Shown one piece after another: positions 55,001 through 64,000 of a stretch of DNA of 64,000 bases. The stretch covers positions 6,758,001 through 6,822,000 of the forward strand of contig OZ024757.1 of NCBI GenBank assembly GCA_964016885.1, in the 5' to 3' direction. The position numbers and the translations under genes are program-made. Position 1 is the first letter of the stretch; the number at the start of each line of letters is the position of its first letter. This stretch comes from Eledone cirrhosa (Eukaryota). Below the pieces are notes generated by a model. That model was not told where the DNA came from, ran no database searches, and saw only the letters and a list, made by a program, of their open reading frames with translations.

Positions 55001-58000
55001 GCCGGCGGACTTCAGCTGCCTCATTTAGCATGGGCAGTTTTTCTCGAAAATCACACCACACACAGCCAATGAGTGTCCGCACATGTACCAGTAATTACAG
55101 ATCGATTCCGGTGAGAATTCACTGAAAACGGGCCATTCGGCCCTGTGCGTCGATCGTGGGCCGGCCGGATGTTGACGGATCGATGTGTACTTAGAAGTAC
55201 ATGTGCGGACACTCATTGGCTGTGCGTGGTATGCATTTGAGCAAGATATCTCCGTAACATGAAGAGTTATGGCTGTGGAGGCACACCTAGTCAAACGTAA
55301 ACAAGGTCTGGAGCGTTTACGCTTCGCGATTTTGTTTACGTTTGACTAGGTGTGCCTCCACATCCACAACTCTTGATGTTACGGAGATATCTTGCTGAAA
55401 TGCATACCACGCACAGCCAATGAGTGTCCGCACATGTACCAGTAAGTACACATCGATCCGTCAACATGCGGCCGGCCTACGATCGACGCATAGGGCCGGA
55501 TGGCCCGTTTTCGGTGAATTTTCACCGGAATCGATCTGTAATTACTGGTACATGTGCGGACACTCATTTGCTGTGTGTGGTGTGATTTTCAAGAAAAACT
55601 GCCCATGCTAAATGAGGAAGCTGAAGTCCGCCGGCGAATGGTGTGCTTCGAAGAAAACTAATTCGAAAATGACCGTTTGCAGGCGGAGTAACTTTTTCGA
55701 TCGTGGGCCAGCCGCCCGTGGTGGGATTCATCTGTAATTACTGGTACATGTGCGGACACTCATTGGCTGTGTGTGGTGTGATTTTCGAGAAAAACTGCCC
55801 ATGCTAAATGAGGCAGCTGAAGTCCGCCGGCGAATCGTGTGCTTCGAAGAAAACTAATTCGAAAATGACCGCTTGCAGGCGGAGTAACCTTTTCGATCGT
55901 GGGCCAGCCGCCCCTGTTGGGATCCATCTGTAATTACTGGTACATGTGCGGACACACATTTGCTGTGTGTGGTGTGATTTTCAAGAAAAACTGCCCATGC
56001 TAAATGAGGAAGCTGAAGTCCGCCGGCGAATGGTGTGCTTCGAAGAAAACGAATTCGAAAATGACTATTTGCCGGCGGAATCACCTTTTCGGTCCTGGTC
56101 CGGCCGGATCTTGCCGGATCGATCGGAAATTTGTGGACCATGTTCGGAAGGCCATTGTGCATGTGTGGTGAAAAAACGTTGTGTCGAAATCTTCTCGGAA
56201 AATAACGGATCGACGGCGGAGATTGCCATTTCGATCGTGGGCCGGCCGGATCTTGTCGGATCGATTCGGACATATGTGCATCGTGTTCGCAAGGCCCTTG
56301 TCTATGTGTGGTGTGATTTTCATAAAGAAATTCCGAAAAACCCAGTTTTAAATCTGATTTCGCCAAAGAATTTTGGCTATCAGATCGGGTTGAAAGGTAT
56401 GGTTTCAAGTCGATCTGAAAGTCTAAAATGGAATTCACTCGGTTAGCTAACTTTTGATATATCGGAGATATCTTTCTGAAAATCACACCACACACTCCCA
56501 ATGAGTGTCTGCACATGTACCAGTAATTACATATGGATCCCACTACGGGCGGCCGGCCCACGATCGAAAAGGTTACTCCGAAGCACACCATTCGCCGGCG
56601 GACTTCATTTAGCATGGGCAGTTTTTCTTGAAGATCACACCACACACAGCCAATGAGTGTCCGCAAATGTACCAGTAATTACAGATGGATCCCACTACGG
56701 GCGGCTGGCCCACGATCGAAAAGGTTACTCCGCCTGCAAACGGTCATTTTCGAATTCGTTTTCTTCGAAGCACACCATTCGCCGGCGGACTTCAGCTGCC
56801 TCATTTAGCATGGGCAGTTTTTCTCGAAAATCACACCACACACAGCCAATGAGTGTCCGCACATGTACCAGTAATTACAGATCGATTCCGGTGAAAATTC
56901 ACTGAAAACGGGCCATTCGGCCCTGTGCGTCGATCGTGGGCCGGCCGGATGTTGACGGATCGATGTGTACTTAGAAGTACATGTGCGGACACTCATTGGC
57001 TGTGCGTGGTATGCATTTGAGCAAGATATCTCCGTAACATGAAGAGTTATGGCTGTGGAGGCACACCTAGTCAAACGTAAACAAGGTCTGGAGCGTTTAC
57101 GCTTCGCGATTTTGTTTACGTTTGACTAGGTGTGCCTCCACATCCACAACTCTTGATGTTACGGAGATATCTTGCTGAAATGCATACCACGCACAGCCAA
57201 TGAGTGTCCGCACATGTACCAGTAAGTACACATCGATCCGTCAACATGCGGCCGGCCTACGATCGACGCATAGGGCCGGATGGCCCGTTTTCGGTGAATT
57301 TTCACCGGAATCGATCTGTAATTACTGGTACATGTGCGGACACTCATTTGCTGTGTGTGGTGTGATTTTCAAGAAAAACTGCCCATGCTAAATGAGGAAG
57401 CTGAAGTCCGCCGGCGAATGGTGTGCTTCGAAGAAAACTAATTCGAAAATGACCGTTTGCAGGCGGAGTAACTTTTTCGATCGTGGGTCAGCCGCCCGTG
57501 GTGGGATCCATCTGTAATTACTGGTACATGTGCGGACACTCATTGGCTGTGTGTGGTGTGATTTTCGAGAAAAACTGCCCATGCTAAATGAGGCAGCTGA
57601 AGTCCGCCGGCGAATCGTGTGCTTCGAAGAAAACTAATTCGAAAATGACCGCTTGCAGGCGGAGTAACCTTTTCGATCGTGGGCCAGCCGCCCCTGTTGG
57701 GATCCATCTGTAATTACTGGTACATGTGCGGACACACATTTGCTGTGTGTGGTGTGATTTTCAAGAAAAACTGCCCATGCTAAATGAGGAAGCTGAAGTC
57801 CGCCGGCGAATGGTGTGCTTCGAAGAAAACGAATTCGAAAATGACTATTTGCCGGCGGAATCACCTTTTCGGTCCTGGTCCGGCCGGATCTTGCCGGATC
57901 GATCGGAAATTTGTGGACCATGTTCGGAAGGCCATTGTGCATGTGTGGTGAAAAAACGTTGTGTCGAAATCTTCTCGGAAAATAACGGATCGACGGCGGA

Positions 58001-61000
58001 GATTGCCATTTCGATCGTGGGCCGGCCGGATCTTGTCGGATCGATTCGGACATATGTGCATCGTGTTCGCAAGGCCCTTGTCTATGTGTGGTGTGATTTT
58101 CATAAAGAAATTCCGAAAAACCCAGTTTTAAATCTGATTTCGCCAAAGAATTTTGGCTATCAGATCGGGTTGAAAGGTATGGTTTCAAGTCGATCTGAAA
58201 GTCTAAAATGGAATTCACTCGGTTAGCTAACTTTTGATATATCGGAGATATCTTTCTGAAAATCACACCACACACTCCCAATGAGTGTCTGCACATGTAC
58301 CAGTAATTACAGATGGATCCCACCACGGGCGGCCGGCCCACGATCGAAAAGGTTACTCCGAAGCACACCATTCGCCGGCGGACTTCATTTAGCATGGGCA
58401 GTTTTTCTTGAAGATCACACCACACACAGCCAATGAGTGTCCGCACATGTACCAGTAATTACAGATGGATCCCACTACGGGCGGCTGGCCCACGATCGAA
58501 AAGGTAACTCCGCCTGCAAACGGTCATTTTCGAATTCGTTTTCTTCGAAGCACACCATTCGCCGGCGGACTTCAGCTGCCTCATTTAGCATGGGCAGTTT
58601 TTCTCGAAAATCACACCACACACAGCCAATGAGTGTCCGCACATGTACCAGTAATTACAGATCGATTCCGGTGAAAATTCACTGAAAACGGGCCATTCGG
58701 CCCTGTGCGTCGATCGTGGGCCGGCCGGATGTTGACGGATCGATGTGTACTTAGAAGTACATGTGCGGACACTCATTGGCTGTGCGTGGTATGCATTTGA
58801 GCAAGATATCTCCGTAACATGAAGAGTTATGGCTGTGGAGGCACACCTAGTCAAACGTAAACAAGGTCTGGAGCGTTTACGCTTCGCGATTTTGTTTACG
58901 TTTGACTAGGTGTGCCTCCACATCCACAACTCTTGATGTTACGGAGATATCTTGCTGAAATGCATACCACGCACAGCCAATGAGTGTCCGCACATGTACC
59001 AGTAAGTACACATCGATCCGTCAACATGCGGCCGGCCTACGATCGACGCATAGGGCCGGATGGCCCGTTTTCGGTGAATTTTCACCGGAATCGATCTGTA
59101 ATTACTGGTACATGTGCGGACACTCATTTGCTGTGTGTGGTGTGATTTTCAAGAAAAACTGCCCATGCTAAATGAGGAAGCTGAAGTCCGCCGGCGAATG
59201 GTGTGCTTCGAAGAAAACTAATTCGAAAATGACCGTTTGCAGGCGGAGTAACTTTTTCGATCGTGGGCCAGCCGCCCGTGGTGGGATCCATCTGTAATTA
59301 CTGGTACATGTGCGGACACTCATTGGCTGTGTGTGGTGTGATTTTCGAGAAAAACTGCCCATGCTAAATGAGGCAGCTGAAGTCCGCCGGCGAATCGTGT
59401 GCTTCGAAGAAAACTAATTCGAAAATGACCGCTTGCAGGCGGAGTAACCTTTTCGATCGTGGGCCAGCCGCCCCTGTTGGGATCCATCTGTAATTACTGG
59501 TACATGTGCGGACACACATTTGCTGTGTGTGGTGTGATTTTCAAGAAAAACTGCCCATGCTAAATGAGGAAGCTGAAGTCCGCCGGCGAATGGTGTGCTT
59601 CGAAGAAAACGAATTCGAAAATGACTATTTGCCGGCGGAATCACCTTTTCGGTCCTGGTCCGGCCGGATCTTGCCGGATCGATCGGAAATTTGTGGACCA
59701 TGTTCGGAAGGCCATTGTGCATGTGTGGTGAAAAAACGTTGTGTCGAAATCTTCTCGGAAAATAACGGATCGACGGCGGAGATTGCCATTTCGATCGTGG
59801 GCCGGCCGGATCTTGTCGGATCGATTCGGACATATGTGCATCGTGTTCGCAAGGCCCTTGTCTATGTGTGGTGTGATTTTCATAAAGAAATTCCGAAAAA
59901 CCCAGTTTTAAATCTGATTTCGCCAAAGAATTTTGGCTATCAGATCGGGTTGAAAGGTATGGTTTCAAGTCGATCTGAAAGTCTAAAATGGAATTCACTC
60001 GGTTAGCTAACTTTTGATATATCGGAGATATCTTTCTGAAAATCACACCACACACTCCCAATGAGTGTCTGCACATGTACCAGTAATTACAGATGGATCC
60101 CACCACGGGCGGCCGGCCCACGATCGAAAAGGTTACTCCGAAGCACACCATTCGCCGGCGGACTTCATTTAGCATGGGCAGTTTTTCTTGAAGATCACAC
60201 CACACACAGCCAATGAGTGTCCGCAAATGTACCAGTAATTACAGATGGATCCCACTACGGGCGGCTGGCCCACGATCGAAAAGGTTACTCCGCCTGCAAA
60301 CGGTCATTTTCGAATTCGTTTTCTTCGAAGCACACCATTCGCCGGCGGACTTCAGCTGCCTCATTTAGCATGGGCAGTTTTTCTCGAAAATCACACCACA
60401 CACAGCCAATGAGTGTCCGCACATGTACCAGTAATTACAGATGGATCCCACCACGGGCGGCTGGCCCACGATCGAAAAGGTTACTCCGCCTGCAAACGGT
60501 CATTTTCGAATTCGTTTTCTTCGAAGCACACCATTCGCCGGCGGACTTCAGCTTCCTCATTTAGCATGGGCAGTTTTTCTCGAAAATCACACCACACACA
60601 GCAAATATGTGTCCGCACATGTACCAGTAATTACAGATCGATTCCGGTGAAAATTCACCGAAAACGGGCCATTCGGCCCTGTGCGTCGATCGTGGGCCGG
60701 CCGGAAGTTGACGGATCGATGTGTAATTAGAAGTACATGTGCGGACACTCATTGGCTGTGCGTGGTATGCATTTCAGCAAGATATCTCCGTAACATCAAG
60801 AGTTATGGCTGTGGAGGCACACCTAGTCAAACGTAAACAAGGTATGGAGCGTTTACGCTTCGCGATTTTGTTTACGTTTGACTAGGTGTGCCTCCACAGC
60901 CACAACTCTTGATGTTACGGAGATATCTTGCTGAAATTCATACCACCCACAGCCAATGAGTGTCCGCACATGTACTTCTAATTACACATCGATCCGTCAA

Positions 61001-64000
61001 CATCCGGCCGGCCCACGATCGACGCATAGGGCCGGATGGCCCGTTTTCAGTGAATTTTCACCGGAATCGATCTGTAATTACTGGTACATGTGCGGACACT
61101 CATTGGCTGTGTGTGGTGTGATTTTCGAGAAAAACTGCCCATGCTAAATGAGGCAGCTGAAGTCCGCCGGCGAATCGTGTGCTTCGAAGAAAACTAATTC
61201 GAAAATGACCGCTTGCAGGCGGAGTAACCTTTTCGATCGTGGGCCAGCCGCCCCTGTTGGGATCCATCTGTAATTACTGGTACATGTGCGGACACACATT
61301 TGCTGTGTGTGGTGTGATTTTCAAGAAAAACTGCCCATGCTAAATGAGGAAGCTGAAGTCCGCCGGCGAATGGTGTGCTTCGAAGAAAACGAATTCGAAA
61401 ATGACTATTTGCCGGCGGAATCACCTTTTCGGTCCTGGTCCGGCCGGATCTTGCCGGATCGATCGGAAATTTGTGGACCATGTTCGGAAGGCCATTGTGC
61501 ATGTGTGGTGAAAAAAATTTGTGTCGAAATCTTCTCGGAAAATAACGGATCGCCGGCGGAGATTGCCATTTCGATCGTGGGCCGGCCGGATCTTGTCGGA
61601 TCGATTCGGACATATGTGCATCGTGTTCGCAAGGCCCTTGTCTATGTGTGGTGTGATTTTCATAAAGAAATTCCGAAAAACCCAGTTTTAAATCTGATTT
61701 CGCCAAAGAATTTTGGCTATCAGATCGGGTTGAAAGGTATGGTTTCAGGTCGATCTGAAAGTCTAAAATGGAATTCACTCGGTTAGCTAACTTTTGATAT
61801 ATCGGAGATATCTTTCTGAAAATCACACCACACACTCCCAATGAGTGTCTGCACATGTACCAGTAATTACAGATGGATCCCACCACGGGCGGCCGGCCCA
61901 CGATCGAAAAGGTTACTCCGAAGCACACCATTCGCCGGCGGACTTCATTTAGCATGGGCAGTTTTTCTTGAAGATCACACCACACACAGCCAATGAGTGT
62001 CCGCACATGTACCAGTAATTACAGATGGATCCCACTACGGGCGGCTGGCCCACGATCGAAAAGGTAACTCCGCCTGCAAACGGTCATTTTCGAATTCGTT
62101 TTCTTCGAAGCACACCATTCGCCGGCGGACTTCAGCTGCCTCATTTAGCATGGGCAGTTTTTCTCGAAAATCACACCACACACAGCCAATGAGTGTCCGC
62201 ACATGTACCAGTAATTACAGATCGATTCCGGTGAAAATTCACTGAAAACGGGCCATTCGGCCCTGTGCGTCGATCGTGGGCCGGCCGGATGTTGACGGAT
62301 CGATGTGTACTTAGAAGTACATGTGCGGACACTCATTGGCTGTGCGTGGTATGCATTTGAGCAAGATATCTCCGTAACATGAAGAGTTATGGCTGTGGAG
62401 GCACACCTAGTCAAACGTAAACAAGGTCTGGAGCGTTTACGCTTCGCGATTTTGTTTACGTTTGACTAGGTGTGCCTCCACATCCACAACTCTTGATGTT
62501 ACGGAGATATCTTGCTGAAATGCATACCACGCACAGCCAATGAGTGTCCGCACATGTACCAGTAAGTACACATCGATCCGTCAACATGCGGCCGGCCTAC
62601 GATCGACGCATAGGGCCGGATGGCCCGTTTTCGGTGAATTTTCACCGGAATCGATCTGTAATTACTGGTACATGTGCGGACACTCATTTGCTGTGTGTGG
62701 TGTGATTTTCAAGAAAAACTGCCCATGCTAAATGAGGAAGCTGAAGTCCGCCGGCGAATGGTGTGCTTCGAAGAAAACTAATTCGAAAATGACCGTTTGC
62801 AGGCGGAGTAACTTTTTCGATCGTGGGCCAGCCGCCCGTGGTGGGATCCATCTGTAATTACTGGTACATGTGCGGACACTCATTGGCTGTGTGTGGTGTG
62901 ATTTTCGAGAAAAACTGCCCATGCTAAATGAGGCAGCTGAAGTCCGCCGGCGAATCGTGTGCTTCGAAGAAAACTAATTCGAAAATGACCGCTTGCAGGC
63001 GGAGTAACCTTTTCGAATCATGGGCCAGCCGCCCCTGTTGGGATCCATCTGTAATTACTGGTACATGTGCGGACACACATTTGCTGTGTGTGGTGTGATT
63101 TTCAAGAAAAACTGCCCATGCTAAATGAGGAAGCTGAAGTCCGCCGGCGAATGGTGTGCTTCGAAGAAAACGAATTCGAAAATGACTATTTGCCGGCGGA
63201 ATCACCTTTTCGGTCCTGGTCCGGCCGGATCTTGCCGGATCGATCGGAAATTTGTGGACCATGTTCGGAAGGCCATTGTGCATGTGTGGTGAAAAAACGT
63301 TGTGTCGAAATCTTCTCGGAAAATAACGGATCGACGGCGGAGATTGCCATTTCGATCGTGGGCCGGCCGGATCTTGTCGGATCGATTCGGACATATGTGC
63401 ATCGTGTTCGCAAGGCCCTTGTCTATGTGTGGTGTGATTTTCATAAAGAAATTCCGAAAAACCCAGTTTTAAATCTGATTTCGCCAAAGAATTTTGGCTA
63501 TCAGATCGGGTTGAAAGGTATGGTTTCTAGTCGATCTGAAAGTCTAAAATGGAATTCACTCGGTTAGCTAACTTTTGATATATCGGAGATATCTTTCTAA
63601 AAATCACACCATACACTCCCAATGAGTGTCTGCACATGTACCAGTAATGACAGATGGATCCCACCAAGGGCGGCCGGCCCACGATCGAAAAGGTTACTCC
63701 GAAGCACACCATTCGCCGGCGGACTTCATTTAACATGGGCAGTTTTTCTTGAAGATCACACCACACACAGCCAATGAGTGTCCGCAAATGTACCAGTAAT
63801 TACAGATGGATCCCACTACGGGCGGCTGGCCCACGATCGAAAAGGTAACTCCGCCTGCAAACGGTCATTTTCGAATTCGTTTTCTTCGAAGCACACCATT
63901 CGCCGGCGGACTACAGCTGCCTCATTTAGCATGGGCAGTTTTTCTCGAAAATCACACCACACACAGCCAATGAGTGTCCGCACATGTACCAGTAATTACA
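37100..64000. repeat. Second sequence sub-family domain of the array
   Basis: Spacer GGTCTGG with left-arm GTGTACTTAG and CACTGAAA at 12 of the last 15 axes (exceptions 43206, 53734, 60854). Never seen in the first 23 axes. Confidence 0.88.

Larger units (their letters stand above)
1..64000. repeat. Tandem array of ~1.4-2.0 kb palindromic macro-repeat units (38 central axes; array runs off both window ends)
   Basis: The landmark GTCAAACGTAAACAA-GGT(A/C)TGGAGCGTTTACGCTTCGCGATT-TTGTTTACGTTTGAC is centred at 50, 1482, 3262, 5042, 6822, 8798, 10578, 12554, 14334, 15739, 17322, 18879, 20462, 21867, 23450, 25007, 26590, 28147, 29730, 31171, 32728, 34311, 36090, 37674, 39453, 41232, 43206, 44986, 46766, 48546, 50174, 52150, 53734, 55318, 57098, 58878, 60854 and 62438. 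Spacings: 1779/1780 x13, 1583/1584 x10, 1974/1976 x5, 1557 x4, 1405 x2, and 1432, 1441, 1628 once each. Confidence 0.99.

Noticed and set aside
152-63787. Hundreds of 60-270 aa ORFs in the track (e.g. 166 aa MRTHICCVW..., 236/270 aa MRTLIGCVW...)
   Set aside because: They overlap in several frames on both strands, mirror each other across the palindrome and have no recognisable domain. Their lengths follow repeat indels, and frameshifts such as GTGTATTCG are freely amplified. They are best explained as by-products of stop-poor repeat DNA.
1-64000. Rolling-hairpin or protelomerase-type replicon concatemer (parvovirus, poxvirus or linear-plasmid-like)
   Set aside because: Left and right arms carry fixed diagnostic differences and unequal monomer content, and the loops never alternate flip/flop. 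No Rep, resolvase or polymerase gene is present.
1-64000. Pure artefact (MDA or nanopore fold-back chimera, or collapsed assembly)
   Set aside because: Units carry hierarchical shared SNPs and indels, HOR structure and a constant asymmetric spacer, which random fold-back chimeras would not produce. Exact copy order still needs read validation.
1-64000. Tandem rRNA, 5S, tRNA, snRNA or histone gene cluster, or telomeric repeat
   Set aside because: I recognised no conserved sequence of these genes, no cloverleaf and no short telomere-type repeat. An Rfam/Infernal scan would be the formal test.

Overview
The whole 64 kb window is one head-to-tail tandem array of a complex palindromic (foldback-like) macro-repeat. 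It has 38 central symmetry axes spaced 1405-1976 bp apart (mode 1779/1780 bp). A typical unit is a ~1.1 kb near-perfect inverted repeat around a 27-bp spacer that always points the same way. The arms are built from 196-bp sub-repeats plus 152-, 169- and 143-bp derivatives. Each arm carries its own nested inverted repeat, and neighbouring units meet at a second, older axis with a coaxial hairpin. Units group into higher-order repeats (3756, 3140, 6128, 4581 and 3560 bp), and some show arm-to-arm gene conversion. I found no credible protein-coding gene, RNA gene, transposase or CRISPR array; the ORF track simply reflects the repeat. The architecture looks like eukaryotic satellite or heterochromatin, possibly derived from a foldback transposon, but neither organism nor function can be determined from this sequence.
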